Part shown: positions 39,218 through 49,858 of the stretch, piece by piece
Position numbering within the stretch: position 1 is the first letter of the stretch
How the letters are laid out: every line of letters starts with the position of its first letter
Origin: Candidatus Sumerlaeia bacterium
GTDB lineage: Bacteria; Sumerlaeota; Sumerlaeia; SLMS01; JANRJK01
Assembly (NCBI GenBank): GCA_033764015.1
Contig: JANRJK010000036.1
Coordinates: forward strand, 128,001 to 192,000
Direction of reading: 5' to 3'
Length of the DNA: 64,000 bases
Notes under the pieces: model-generated
What the model was told of the DNA's origin: nothing
What the model saw: the letters and a program-made list of their open reading frames with translations, nothing else
Databases searched by the model: none
Made by a program: the position numbers and the translations under genes

Positions 39218-41409
39218 TCAGAGTTCGGCATAGTCCTTCGTGATGACTTCAGCTTCATGACCACAAACGCGGGGTGCAGGGCGAGCAGCAGGGCGACGAT
39301 CAGGCATACCAGCGAAATCAACGCATATCGCTTGAAGAACGGTGGATTGTAAAACATTTCAAGATCGCGACCAAACCCGCGTTCATATGGGATCGCCCGC
39401 CCGAATCGGGACTTCGTGTCTGCCGGGGCAATCTCCCCCTCCTCCCCTGACTCGTAGCGGTACCCCCAGCCGGGAATCCATGCCTCGCCCACAAGAATTC
39501 GGCCTTCACCGACCGGCATCAGTTCTGGTAGTTTCAGCTTCACTAGCGCCGGCTGGAACATGACGACATCAACATCGCGAAGGTGAATCAATCCGACCTC
39601 CGAGTCGCGGGGGGCCCAATACACAGGCATCTTTCCTTCAGGCCCCAGCAACAGTTTCCGCACACTCTCCGGATTGGCAAGGGCTGCATCGGTGGAGGAC
39701 AGGCGCATCTGGTTGGTATTCTTGAGGAACTGTTGGTCGCGTGTGATCCAGGATTCATTGTCGGTATACACGGCTTCGCGGTTGTCGATTCTAGGCGTAA
39801 ACGCCGGGAGCGACGTTACATTGGGCCGCTGCGCCTCCATGTTGCGGTACCGTGCCCACACCTTCGCGTTCCCTTCCGGTCCGAAATCGTCAGCTACAGT
39901 AACCCACGCGATCCTCGAAGCACGCTCAAGATCAATCATTGTCAGCAGGAGAATCACAAGCAGGGTCACATTTCGCCACTTCGGAAGCACCGTGGCTGCA
40001 ATCAAGAGCGCCATTGTTATCGAGAGCAATGCCAAGAGCCACACGAAGTCATGGCTGAGGGCGGCATGCAGCGGGGCGCCTTTCGCGAAGAACTGCCGCA
40101 CTGCATAAGAGACTAAGACTAAGATGGGAATGCACACAATTGATGCTTGAAGCCCGTTCTCTTGCAGCCTCGAACAGCAAACGCGCTTCGAGTCCTGTGC
40201 ATTTTCCAAAGTTCCAAACAATTCATGCAGCCATTGACAGCACAGCATAAACAGGAAAAAGAAAGCAAAGCCGCGAAAGTTCGCCGAGGGATGATGAATG
40301 CTGTCGAACAAGGGAAGCTTGGCAATGAGCCAACGTAGATACCCGTAATGCCCCAAGGCCGCCGCGAAGTTCACGGATATCATGATCAGAAGACCAACCT
40401 GCCAGCGCTTAAGTCTACCCGCAAGCACAGCCGGCGCTGTCAGTAAGACCAAGACTCCCAAATAATGATTGTTCATCGCGATGTCACTCACAAAAAAATC
40501 CCGGGCTTCTACAACCGCGCTGGATGGCGAGAGGAGAGAAATTAAAGTCTTTGGATACAATGCCTCCCACAGCATGATTTCCGCATATGTGTACTCGTGC
40601 CCGATTCGATTTGTGTACTGGGCAATCGACAGCGTTGAACCTGCCATCACCCACGCCATTCCTCCTGCAAGCATCAGGGCAACAAGCATTGCCCCGAATG
40701 AACGCATCAACGGCTTCTTCCGAAGGAGACAGTAGCCTATGGACAAAACACCAAGATTGAGGTTCATAATCAAGAATGTCCCGGGATGCCCTGCATGCGA
40801 TGCAGCCCCCATGACAAGCGCATACGCCCCGACACCGCCGATAGTCGGTGAGTCAAGCAGACGGAGTAAGAGCAACAGCAACCAAGGCAATGCCTGATAG
40901 ATCGCCATGATACCAAAGTACTGGTAAGTCGAAAGAAAATGCCCCGAAGTGACGTAAAGGATTCCAAAGAGAGCACAAACCGCCTGCATCCATCCCAAAC
41001 GACGCCCCAAGGCGTAACAACCAAGACCTGCCAGCATCGTCTGGGCAACCATCTGCAATTGCACAACGAAGAAACTGTAGCCAAAGGTGAAGGCGACTCC
41101 GAGCGTTATCGGCGACCACATTTGTGACTGGGGATCGCCGATGATCGGATAGCCAGTACTCATGAACGGAAGCCAAGAGGGAAGCAAACCCGCGCGAAAA
41201 CAATCTGAAATGTATACCAAAATGGGCCAGTGATACCAAGTTGTGTCCCAGTGAAGAAGGTGACGACTATCCGCGCCGGCCAAATCGAAGAGCAAGTTTC
41301 GGTAAATGAAGATGATGTAGGACAGGGTTGCTGCCGCCCAGAAAGGTGTTGAGTGCAAACAACGACCTGCCCAACTTGCTTTTGAAGCGTCAGCCGGAGA
41401 TTCCATCAC
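39214..41409 (-). CDS. YfhO-like polytopic membrane protein (putative GT-C glycosyltransferase), low GC
   Basis: LPSWLPFMSTGYPIIGDPQ, GHP, YLG and EAWIPGW motifs; many TM helices; atypical composition. Confidence 0.78.
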   Translation of the reverse strand: MMESPADASKASWAGRCLHSTPFWAAATLSYIIFIYRNLLFDLAGADSRHLLHWDTTWYHWPILVYISDCFRAGLLPSWLPFMSTGYPIIGDPQSQMWSPITLGVAFTFGYSFFVVQLQMVAQTMLAGLGCYALGRRLGWMQAVCALFGILYVTSGHFLSTYQYFGIMAIYQALPWLLLLLLRLLDSPTIGGVGAYALVMGAASHAGHPGTFLIMNLNLGVLSIGYCLLRKKPLMRSFGAMLVALMLAGGMAWVMAGSTLSIAQYTNRIGHEYTYAEIMLWEALYPKTLISLLSPSSAVVEARDFFVSDIAMNNHYLGVLVLLTAPAVLAGRLKRWQVGLLIMISVNFAAALGHYGYLRWLIAKLPLFDSIHHPSANFRGFAFFFLFMLCCQWLHELFGTLENAQDSKRVCCSRLQENGLQASIVCIPILVLVSYAVRQFFAKGAPLHAALSHDFVWLLALLSITMALLIAATVLPKWRNVTLLVILLLTMIDLERASRIAWVTVADDFGPEGNAKVWARYRNMEAQRPNVTSLPAFTPRIDNREAVYTDNESWITRDQQFLKNTNQMRLSSTDAALANPESVRKLLLGPEGKMPVYWAPRDSEVGLIHLRDVDVVMFQPALVKLKLPELMPVGEGRILVGEAWIPGWGYRYESGEEGEIAPADTKSRFGRAIPYERGFGRDLEMFYNPPFFKRYALISLVCLIVALLLALHPAFVVMKLKSSRRTMPNSD

Positions 41410-41452
41410 TTTTTTCCGTGGTGTGGTCGATTAGTGCCGATGAGTGGACAAA

Positions 41453-42871
41453 TCATGGTTTTCTCCCGATTCCGACGACGCTATTGTGTGCATGGAATGG
41501 GAACTGCTCGGCGATCTTGACGAGTGGGAGCAGCATTTCGAAGGTACCCATCTGGCCGGGAGTGAGCGTCTTCTTGCGCAGGATGTTGCCTGAGAACCAC
41601 CAGCCAAGGCCGCCGACGCGGTTGAATCCCTTGGTCTTCACGTCAGTGTAGCCGGCGTCTTCCATCAAGGCGCGGAGCTCGGTCTTCTTGTACCGCCGGA
41701 AGTGGCCAAGCGTCTTGTCCACAGCGGTGTAGAGCTTCGGGTCATGGGGGACCAGAATGATGCAGTGGCCGCCGGGCTTCAAGAGCTGGTGGAAGTGCTT
41801 GAGGACGATCTCGTGGTCCTCGATATGCTCCATGACATTCAGGCAGATGATCGTGTCGAACTGGCCACCCTCGCCCACGGCGGCGATGTCGTCGGGGTGG
41901 GTGAGGTCCGCCTTGTAGCTCTTGAAGTTGAGCAGGTGGCCGTAGGACTGGGTGATCCGATCAACATAGAAGTCCTCGTAGTCCGCCACCACGAGTCGGC
42001 GTCGGTCGAGGAGCAGCTCGGTGATGTTGCCGATCCCGCAGCCAGCTTCGAACACTTCGGCGCCGACGTATTCCTTGAACTGGGAATACATCCACTTGTT
42101 GAAGCCCTTCGCCTTGCGAACCGCTTGCAGGATCAGGAAGCCATCGTGCTTAGCGTAGTTGGTGTCGAAGTAGCGGTAGCGCACCATCGCCGACATGGCG
42201 TGGAATGCATCCTTAAGGCCGATCTTCTTGCCTTCCGCGTAGCTACGTCCCCGGTAGGAGATGGGGACTTCATAGATTCGCGCGCCCCAGCGGGCCAGTT
42301 TTGCGGTGAGTTCCGGCTCCAGATCGAAGCCCGAGCTGCGGATGTTGAGGTTTTTCAGGATATCGGCACGGACCAGCTTGTAGCAGGTTTCCATGTCTGT
42401 AAGGTTTAGGTCGTTAAGGATGTTGCTGGTCAATGTGAGGATCTTGTTCGCCATCGTGTGCCAGAAAAACATGGCGCGGCGGTACTTCCCTTGGATGAAG
42501 CGCGATCCGAAAACGGCGTCCGCCACCCCTTCTTGCACTGGAAGTAGTAGATTCTCGTATTCGTTCGGATCGTACTCCAAGTCGGCGTCTTGGATGATGG
42601 CCCAGTCGCCGGTCATCATGGAGATGGCGGTGCGGATCGCTTTGCCTTTGCCGCCGTTCTTCTTGTGGAAGTGGATGCGGACCGTCTCCGGGTACTTCTC
42701 GGCGTAGCGCGTCAGGACCTCGCGGCTGCCGTCCTTCGAGCCGTCGTCGACGATCACGAGCTCCCGCTCGCAGGGGAGGGGGGCCGCGAGGACGCGGTCG
42801 AGGATCGTTTCGAGCGTGCGGATCTCGTTGTAGACGGGGATCAGGATGCTCAGCTTGTTGACGATGGCCAT
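41453..42871 (-). CDS. Bifunctional DPM1-like GT2 fused to a class I SAM-dependent methyltransferase domain
   Basis: IPVYNE, VDDGSKDG, QDADLEYDP, DMETCYK, YEVPISY; then EAGCGIG, CLNVMEHIED, GHFRRY. Confidence 0.92.
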   Translation of the reverse strand: MAIVNKLSILIPVYNEIRTLETILDRVLAAPLPCERELVIVDDGSKDGSREVLTRYAEKYPETVRIHFHKKNGGKGKAIRTAISMMTGDWAIIQDADLEYDPNEYENLLLPVQEGVADAVFGSRFIQGKYRRAMFFWHTMANKILTLTSNILNDLNLTDMETCYKLVRADILKNLNIRSSGFDLEPELTAKLARWGARIYEVPISYRGRSYAEGKKIGLKDAFHAMSAMVRYRYFDTNYAKHDGFLILQAVRKAKGFNKWMYSQFKEYVGAEVFEAGCGIGNITELLLDRRRLVVADYEDFYVDRITQSYGHLLNFKSYKADLTHPDDIAAVGEGGQFDTIICLNVMEHIEDHEIVLKHFHQLLKPGGHCIILVPHDPKLYTAVDKTLGHFRRYKKTELRALMEDAGYTDVKTKGFNRVGGLGWWFSGNILRKKTLTPGQMGTFEMLLPLVKIAEQFPFHAHNSVVGIGRKP

Positions 42872-42878
42872 GGGTCCT

Positions 42879-44096
42879 CTACCTGGGCGGCGGTGGCTGC
42901 GCGGTGTCCCGCCAAAGCTGGACGATGCGGGCCACGGTGGAATCGAGCGAGAATTGTTCTGCGACGCGGCGTGCGGCGGCAAGTCCCATGGACTGGGAGG
43001 AGGCTGGGGTTTCCGCAAGCCTCCGCATCGCGCCCGCAAGCGCGGCGACGTCGTTCGGGGGCACAAGCAGGCCGGTGCCGCCTTCCACGATGATCTCCGG
43101 GATGCCGCCGATCCGCGCTCCGATGCTGGGCAGGCCCGTGGCGCCGGCTTCGATGATCGTGCGTCCGAAACCCTCCTCGGTCGAGACGAGCAGGTTCGCA
43201 TCCACCGCCCGGTAGAGGGGCCGCGGGTCCGCCTGGAACGGCAGCCATACCACGCGCCCCCGCACGTCGGGCTGCCCGATGCGGCGTCGGAGTTCGTCGC
43301 CGTACTCGAGCGTCGACTTGAACGCGTCGCCTGCGATCAACATGTGCGCCTCGATGCCGTCGCCGACGAGCCGCGCGAGCGCCTCGACGGCGACGAGTTG
43401 CGCCTTGCGCGGACTGACGAGACCGAAGAGGCCGAAGGCGAATGCGCCCGGCGGCGGCGCGAAGTCGCCGTAGGGTTCCCGGGCCCCTCCGCGCAGGGGG
43501 AAGTCGGTGGTCTCCACCCCGTTGTGCACAACGGACGCCTTCTCTTGCAGGTAGGCGGGCAGCGCGCGGCGTAGCGCATCCGAGACGCAAATGATGCGGT
43601 CGCAGCGGGCGAATTCGTACTTCGCGACGTGCGCCGGCGGCGCGTCGTTGCGCAGGTGCGCCGTCACCGCCGGCGCCAGGCATGGCCCGCCTCCGAGGCC
43701 GCCCGGGCGCCAGCGCGAACGCAGCGCCTGCGGGATGCTGTGGTACTCGTTGGCATGCACGATGTGGGGGGCGAAGCGCTCGGCGGCACGGCGCAGGGCG
43801 GGAAGCTGGCTGAACCAGGCCCCGAGGCGCCCGCCGAACTTGCGCCACGGATAGTGGCGGACCACCTCGACCGGGACGCCACGCTCGCGGAGAGCGTCGA
43901 ACAGCTCGCCGCGGCCCGGACAGACGACGAGCGGCTCGACACCGGCGGGAAGGCGGGAGGCAAGGTCGACAAGGCTGCGACGGGCCCCGAGCAGGCGCCC
44001 AGACGGCGACAGCAGGAGCACACGTAGCGCGCCGTCCCGCGGGGGGGAGGGGCGTTGGGCCTCGCTGCCAAAACCGGGGGAGATAATCGCGGTCAT
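42879..44096 (-). CDS. Glycosyltransferase family 4
   Basis: VHNGV, RKAQ, EGFGRTIIEAGATGLP, GGIPEII. Confidence 0.92.
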   Translation of the reverse strand: MTAIISPGFGSEAQRPSPPRDGALRVLLLSPSGRLLGARRSLVDLASRLPAGVEPLVVCPGRGELFDALRERGVPVEVVRHYPWRKFGGRLGAWFSQLPALRRAAERFAPHIVHANEYHSIPQALRSRWRPGGLGGGPCLAPAVTAHLRNDAPPAHVAKYEFARCDRIICVSDALRRALPAYLQEKASVVHNGVETTDFPLRGGAREPYGDFAPPPGAFAFGLFGLVSPRKAQLVAVEALARLVGDGIEAHMLIAGDAFKSTLEYGDELRRRIGQPDVRGRVVWLPFQADPRPLYRAVDANLLVSTEEGFGRTIIEAGATGLPSIGARIGGIPEIIVEGGTGLLVPPNDVAALAGAMRRLAETPASSQSMGLAAARRVAEQFSLDSTVARIVQLWRDTAQPPPPR

Positions 44097-44139
44097 CGTA
44101 ATCGATCCGGGGCGCCGCGAGGTGCGCGCGCTGCGCCGG

Positions 44140-45096
44140 TCAGGCGCGCCGCTGTTTCGGGTCGAGGGCGTCCTGCAGGCCGTCGCCGAAGAGGTTGAAG
44201 GCGAGCATGGTCACGCTGATGCAGAGCGCGGGGCCGAGGAGCAGCCAAGGAGCGTCGCGCATGCTCGAGCGGGCCTCGTCGGCGAGCGAGCCCCAGCTCG
44301 CGGCGGGTGCGCTGACACCGAGGCCGACGAAGGCGAGGAAGCTTTCGATGAAGATCGCCTCGGGAATCGCCAGCGTGGCGGCGACGGCGAGCGGCCCGAG
44401 GCAGTTCGGCAGGATGTGGCGCCAGAGGATGCCGACGGCGGAGACGCCGAGGCCGCGCGCCGCCATGACGTACTCGCGGTTCTTCTGGGCCAGCACTTCG
44501 CCGCGGGCGAGGCGCGCCATCATCAGCCAGTTCGAGAGGCCGAGCGCGACGTAGATGCTGAGCAGGTCCGGCGAGAGCAGCAGCGGCATGGAGTCCGCCG
44601 GGGGGAGCGTTCGCTCCAGCAGCGGCTTCACGAACACCTGGAGCAGGATGACGATGAGCAGCAGCGGGATGCTGTAAATGATGTCCACGGTGCGCATCAG
44701 CAGCGTGTCGACTTTGCCACCCACCCACCCCGCCAGGACGCCGAGACCGACGCCGATCACGAGGTTGATCAGGCAGCTCACGATGCCGACCGCGAGGCTG
44801 ATGCGGGCTCCGACCAGGAGGCGGGCGAAGTTGTCGCGCGCCTGGAAGTCGGTTCCCGCGGGGTGGTCCGCGCTGGGCGGCTGGGGCGTGCCGAGGATGT
44901 CCCAGGAGACCGGCTCGAAGTAGTTGTGCTTCCACACCTCGGGACCGATGGCCGCGGTGAGGAAGAGCAGGACGATGATGAAGAGCGAGGCGACGGCGGC
45001 GCGGTTGCGCAGGAAGCGGGCGAGTCCGGGGTAGCTGTCGCGCCAAGTGTGCGGAGGCGCGGCGGGTTCGATGGCGGCGGGCGCGGCGGTGCTCAG
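44140..45096 (-). CDS. Oligopeptide/dipeptide ABC transporter permease (OppC/DppC-like); probable CTG start
   Basis: HPAGTDFQARD, GARISL, EYVMAARGLG (EAA loop), RHILPN, ESFLAFVGLG, FNLFGDGLQDALDP. Confidence 0.92.
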   Translation of the reverse strand: MSTAAPAAIEPAAPPHTWRDSYPGLARFLRNRAAVASLFIIVLLFLTAAIGPEVWKHNYFEPVSWDILGTPQPPSADHPAGTDFQARDNFARLLVGARISLAVGIVSCLINLVIGVGLGVLAGWVGGKVDTLLMRTVDIIYSIPLLLIVILLQVFVKPLLERTLPPADSMPLLLSPDLLSIYVALGLSNWLMMARLARGEVLAQKNREYVMAARGLGVSAVGILWRHILPNCLGPLAVAATLAIPEAIFIESFLAFVGLGVSAPAASWGSLADEARSSMRDAPWLLLGPALCISVTMLAFNLFGDGLQDALDPKQRRA

Positions 45097-46133
45097 TGGT
45101 CTCGTCCCCGGCGGCGTTCGGCGATCCGTTCCAGCAGGCGCCCCGCGGCGGGGTCGCGCGGCTCGAGAGCCAGCGCCCGTTCGCAAAGGATACCCGCAGG
45201 CCAGTATTGATCGAAGACGAGGAACGCCTGCGCAAGCAGACACAGCAGCGCGGCGTCGCCGGCGAAGGCGTCCGCGCCGAGTTCTCCGACGTGCGGGTGG
45301 CGCTCCGCGTCGAGGTCGCCGAAGCGCGCCTCGCATTCGGCGAAGCGCGTGGAGGGAAGCCCCGGGGCCTGCTCCGCGGCCATGGCGAGGAGCCCGCGGA
45401 CCGATTCCGGCGCGGCCCCGGCTCGCAGCGCGAGGATCGCCTGCCATGCGTGGGCGCCCCCCTGCCGGCGGTCCGCGGAGCGGGCGTTGCGGAACTGGCG
45501 CGCGGCGGCTTCCGGCGCCGCGCCGCCGCACCACGCGGCCAGCGCGTTGCGGTACGCGAGGTGCGCCGGGCCGAGCAGCTCGGCGAAGCGCCCCGCGTCC
45601 TTCAGCTCGATCCGGCGGAACGCGCCGTCCCCTTCGAGCGCGAACAGCTCGTGCCGGAACGCGCGCCCGCTCGGCTCCGTGGTGGCGACGAGCGACGCTC
45701 CCAGCACCGGCGAATGGAGGAAGTGCCACGCCTTGAGGAACTGCCTCGGGCCGCCGTGCGCGGCGTGGACTTGCGCGATCACGCGGCGCTCCAGCGCGGC
45801 CAGCACCGACTCGCGGTCCTCCGGCAATGCGATGAACTCCTGGTGCGCGCGGTACTCGAGGCCGTTCAGCGCGTCCGGGTTGCGCCAGGCGGTGATTTCG
45901 AGGTCGGGGGCGTCTTCGCGCCAGAGGTCGTCGATCGTCATGCGATAGCAGAGAAGCCGCGCCGGGGGCGGAGGAACGTCCGCGCCGCCGGCCACGGTGA
46001 GGGTGAACCAGGCGTCCTCGGCCGGCGGGTCGGCGCGGCGGGACCCGGCGGGTGTGCGGCGGCAAACTCCCCACGCCAGCAGGATCGCGAAGGCGAGCGT
46101 TAGCAGGGACGTGAGGAAGAGCGATGGTCCCAC
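45093..46133 (-). CDS. Hypothetical membrane-anchored protein with C-terminal TPR-like helices
   Basis: N-terminal hydrophobic helix, ERALALEPRD TPR-like end, stop overlaps the permease start; start uncertain. Confidence 0.6.
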   Translation of the reverse strand: MGPSLFLTSLLTLAFAILLAWGVCRRTPAGSRRADPPAEDAWFTLTVAGGADVPPPPARLLCYRMTIDDLWREDAPDLEITAWRNPDALNGLEYRAHQEFIALPEDRESVLAALERRVIAQVHAAHGGPRQFLKAWHFLHSPVLGASLVATTEPSGRAFRHELFALEGDGAFRRIELKDAGRFAELLGPAHLAYRNALAAWCGGAAPEAAARQFRNARSADRRQGGAHAWQAILALRAGAAPESVRGLLAMAAEQAPGLPSTRFAECEARFGDLDAERHPHVGELGADAFAGDAALLCLLAQAFLVFDQYWPAGILCERALALEPRDPAAGRLLERIAERRRGRDH

Positions 46134-46343
46134 GGGGTGGCGCGCTCCGGGTCGCGATGGCCATGCGGGTAGGTGGGAGCGAAGCCCGTGCACATCCCGG
46201 CCGAGGATGATAGCCTAAGCGCCCCGCTGCCATCGAACGAGGGAAATGTGCTCGCCGCACCCGGCGGACAGCGGAGCTTCGCGGTTGCCCCCGCGAGCGG
46301 GCGCCCTCCCTCTGCGGTGAGCAGACGAGAAAGGCGCGGCGCG

Positions 46344-47438
46344 ATGGCCTCCAGCTTCGGAAAACTCTTCCGCATCAGCACCTTCGGCGAGTCCCACGGA
46401 GGCGGCGTCGGTGTGGTCGTGGACGGCTGCCCGCCGGGGCTGGAGCTTGCGACGGAGGACATCCAGCGCGAGCTGGACCGCCGGCGCCCCGGGCAGTCGC
46501 ACCTGACCACCGCGCGCGCCGAGTCCGACACGGTCGAGATTCTCTCCGGCGTCTTCGAGGGGCGCGCCCTCGGCACGCCGATCGCACTCCTGGTGCGGAA
46601 CCAGGACGCCCGGGCCACCGACTACGAACCGAACAAGACCCTCTTCCGTCCCAGCCACGCGGATTACACCTACCAAGCGAAGTACGGCATCCGCGCGTGG
46701 CGCGGTGGCGGGCGCTCCTCCGCCCGCGAGACCATCGGCCGCGTCGCCGCGGGCGCCATCGCCCGGAAGATCCTCGCGGGCGCCGGCATCGACGTCGTCG
46801 CCTGGGTGGACCGCGTCGCGGCGGAGGCGTCCACGGTGGACCCCGCGACGGTGAGCCGCGCGGCGGTGGACGCCACACCGGTCCGCTGCCCGGACCCGGA
46901 CGCGGCGGCGATCATGATCGCGCTGATCGAGCGCGTGAAGGCCGAGGGCGACTCGGTCGGCGGCACGGTCGCCTGCGTGGCGCGCGGCGTGCCCCCGGGC
47001 CTGGGCGAGCCGGTCTTCGAGAAGCTCGAGGCGCTGCTCGCGATGGCGATGCTCTCGCTCCCCGCATCTAAGTCCTTCGAGATCGGCAGCGGCATCGCGG
47101 GCACCTACCAGCGCGGCAGCGAGCACAACGACGAATTCCACGGGGAGGCGGGACGGATCCGCACGCGCACCAACCGCAGCGGCGGCGTCCAGGGCGGCAT
47201 TTCGAACGGCGAGGACATCGTGTTCCGCGTCGGCTTCAAGCCCGTCGCCACGATCCTCCAGCCGCAGCGCACCGTGGACGAGTCGGGCAATGAGGCGGAG
47301 CTGCGCGCGCGGGGGCGCCACGATCCCTGCGTGCTGCCGCGCGCCGTGCCGATGGTCGAGGCGATGGCCGCGCTGGTGCTTTGCGACCTGCTACTGGAGG
47401 CGCGGGCACGCCCCGCGATGCGCCGCGACGGCGACTGA
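46344..47438 (+). CDS. aroC: Chorismate synthase
   Basis: GESHG, RPSHAD, RSSARET, GGISNG, GRHDPCV. Confidence 0.97.
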   Translation: MASSFGKLFRISTFGESHGGGVGVVVDGCPPGLELATEDIQRELDRRRPGQSHLTTARAESDTVEILSGVFEGRALGTPIALLVRNQDARATDYEPNKTLFRPSHADYTYQAKYGIRAWRGGGRSSARETIGRVAAGAIARKILAGAGIDVVAWVDRVAAEASTVDPATVSRAAVDATPVRCPDPDAAAIMIALIERVKAEGDSVGGTVACVARGVPPGLGEPVFEKLEALLAMAMLSLPASKSFEIGSGIAGTYQRGSEHNDEFHGEAGRIRTRTNRSGGVQGGISNGEDIVFRVGFKPVATILQPQRTVDESGNEAELRARGRHDPCVLPRAVPMVEAMAALVLCDLLLEARARPAMRRDGD

Positions 47439-49858
47439 TGCGCATCGGCATCCTTAGCTTCTACCCGGCGTTCCAGCCGCCGCGCTCCGGCGGCGAGCTC
47501 CGCCTGTCCCACCTTGCTGCCGAGGTGTCCAAGCTCGGCGCCGTCGAGATGGTCGCCCCCACTTACCCGGACAAGCCGTTCGAGGAGGTGCGCCACAACG
47601 AGAACTGGGTCGAGCGCCGCCACCCCAAGGGCGCGGGCTACGTCTGGTGGCACCGCGTGCTGGACCGGTTCGCGGGCTTCCCCGAGTGCAGCGCGCTGGT
47701 CTGCTCGCTGGCCTGCGCCGGGCACGAGTCGCTCGCCAAGGACGCCGACGAGGTGCGCCGCCGCGCCGACATCCTGATCCACGAACACGGCTTTCTGGCG
47801 CCCGTGGCGCCGTCCCGCGGCCGCCCGGACCAGCTCTTCGTGCTCGACGCGCACAACCTCGAGGCCGCGCTCGCGGTGGACATGTTCGGCAAGGGCCCGT
47901 GGGGTCGCTGGGCCGCCGCGCGCATCCGGCGACTCGAGGGGATGCTCGCCCGCGAGGCCGACGTGATCCTCGCCTGCAGCGACGAGGAGGCGGACGCCTT
48001 CGCCCGCTTCTACAGGCTGGACCGTTCGAAGTTCTTCCTCGCGCCGAACGGCGTGGACACGCGGCGCGTGCATCCGCCGCTTAGCGGCGAGGAGCGCGAG
48101 GAGCGCCGCGCGCGCCTCGGCCTCTCCCCCGCCGACGTCGGCGCCGTCTTCATCGGCAGCAAGCACCCGCCCAACGTCGAATCGGTCGAGTTCCTCGCGC
48201 GCCGCGTCGCGCCGGAGTTGCCCGGGGTGCGCTTCTTCATCGCCGGCAAGGTGTGCGAGGCGTTCGCCGCCGGCTCGACGCCGCCCAACATGCGGCTGCT
48301 GGGCCTCGTCGACGAGGAGACGAAGGACGACCTGCTGCGCGGCTGCGACGTGGCGCTGAACCCGATGTTTTCCGGCGCGGGGACGAACCTGAAGATGTTC
48401 GACTACTTCGCCTCGGGGCTGGCGGTGCTGACGACTCCGGTCGGCGCGCGCGGGATCGACTTGGCCCGGGGCCGCGACGCGGTGGTCGCGTCGGGGGGCG
48501 AGTTCGCCGCCGCGCTCCGCGCCCTTGCGGAGGACCCGGCGCGCCGCGCGCGCCTCTCCGCCGCGGGGCGCGACCTCGCCTGCGCGCGCTACGACTGGGC
48601 CGCCATCGGCGAGTCGCTCCGCGACCTCTACCGCCACAAGACCGCCCGCAAGGTGCTGGTCCTGAACGACTATCCGGTGCAGCCCGCGGACGCCGGCGGG
48701 CGCATCCGCATCGACGCGGTCGAGCGCGCCCTCGCCGCCGCCGGCGTGCCGGTGACGACGCTGACGCTCAGCACGGAGGAGTCCGCGCGCCGCGCCTTCC
48801 CCGGGCCGCGTCGCGAGGAGGTCAACATCCCGCGCTCGCTGCGCCACCGCTCGCTCGACCGTTTCCTCTCCGAGAGCTTCGGCCTCGGCGCGGACGACTG
48901 CTCGGCGCTGGTCGCGACGCGGCTTCTGACGCCGGAGTACACCGCCGCGCTGCGCCGCGAGCTGCCCCGCGCCGCCGTGGTGCTCTACTCGCACCCCTAC
49001 CTCGCGGGGATGCGGCCGCTGGCGCCCGCAGGCACCGCGCAGGCCTACGACGCGCACAACATCGAGTGGGAGCTGAAGGAGCGCCTCTTCGGCGCCAAGG
49101 GCTGGATCGGGCGGCTGCTCGTCCGGCGCGTCAGGAAGGCGGAGGCCGCCCTCGCCCGCGAGTGCGCCGCGACGTACTGCGTGTCCGGCGAGACGCTTGA
49201 CAGACTCAAGCAATTGGCGGGCGCGCCGCCGCGGGAGGCGCACGTCGCGCCGAACGGCGTCGATTGCGCCGCGAAGGACCCGGTGCCGCACGCGGAACGC
49301 CCCGCCCGCCGCGCCGAGGCGGGCCTCGGGCCCGAGCCGCTCGCGATCTTCCTCGGCAGCGGCCACCCGCCCAACGCCGAGGCGGCCCGCGCGATCGTCG
49401 AGCGCATCGCCCCCGCCATGCCCGAGGCCACGTTCCTCATCGTGGGCTCCGTCAACGGCTGGTTCTGGGGCCAGCCGCTGCCGGAGAACGTCGTGATGAC
49501 CGGCGCGGTGGCGGGGCCGGTGAAGGACCGCCTGCTCGCGCTCGCGGACCTCGCGCTGAACCCGATGCGGACCGGCTCCGGCACGAGCCTCAAGCTCTTC
49601 GACTACCTCGCGTCCGGCCTGCCGGTGCTCTCGACGGAGATCGGCGCCCGCGGCCTCCGCGACGACGAGTTCGGCGCGGTCGCCCTCGCCGCGGAAGAGG
49701 ACTTCCCCGCGCGCATGGCGGACCTCCTCGCGGACCGCACCCGCCTCGCCGCCATGTCGCAAGAAGGCATCCGCACCGCCCGCGAGCGCTACGACTGGAA
49801 CGTCGCGCTGGCGCCGATGGTCGAGTCGCTGAAACGGCTGGGGGGATTCGACGGGTAG
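47438..49858 (+). CDS. Tandem (double) GT4 glycosyltransferase
   Basis: Two homologous halves, each with GG..R, DAHN.E, PNGVD, GS.HPPN and ALNPM..G.GT.LK.FDY.ASGL; TGATG coupling to aroC. Confidence 0.9.
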   Translation: MRIGILSFYPAFQPPRSGGELRLSHLAAEVSKLGAVEMVAPTYPDKPFEEVRHNENWVERRHPKGAGYVWWHRVLDRFAGFPECSALVCSLACAGHESLAKDADEVRRRADILIHEHGFLAPVAPSRGRPDQLFVLDAHNLEAALAVDMFGKGPWGRWAAARIRRLEGMLAREADVILACSDEEADAFARFYRLDRSKFFLAPNGVDTRRVHPPLSGEEREERRARLGLSPADVGAVFIGSKHPPNVESVEFLARRVAPELPGVRFFIAGKVCEAFAAGSTPPNMRLLGLVDEETKDDLLRGCDVALNPMFSGAGTNLKMFDYFASGLAVLTTPVGARGIDLARGRDAVVASGGEFAAALRALAEDPARRARLSAAGRDLACARYDWAAIGESLRDLYRHKTARKVLVLNDYPVQPADAGGRIRIDAVERALAAAGVPVTTLTLSTEESARRAFPGPRREEVNIPRSLRHRSLDRFLSESFGLGADDCSALVATRLLTPEYTAALRRELPRAAVVLYSHPYLAGMRPLAPAGTAQAYDAHNIEWELKERLFGAKGWIGRLLVRRVRKAEAALARECAATYCVSGETLDRLKQLAGAPPREAHVAPNGVDCAAKDPVPHAERPARRAEAGLGPEPLAIFLGSGHPPNAEAARAIVERIAPAMPEATFLIVGSVNGWFWGQPLPENVVMTGAVAGPVKDRLLALADLALNPMRTGSGTSLKLFDYLASGLPVLSTEIGARGLRDDEFGAVALAAEEDFPARMADLLADRTRLAAMSQEGIRTARERYDWNVALAPMVESLKRLGGFDG

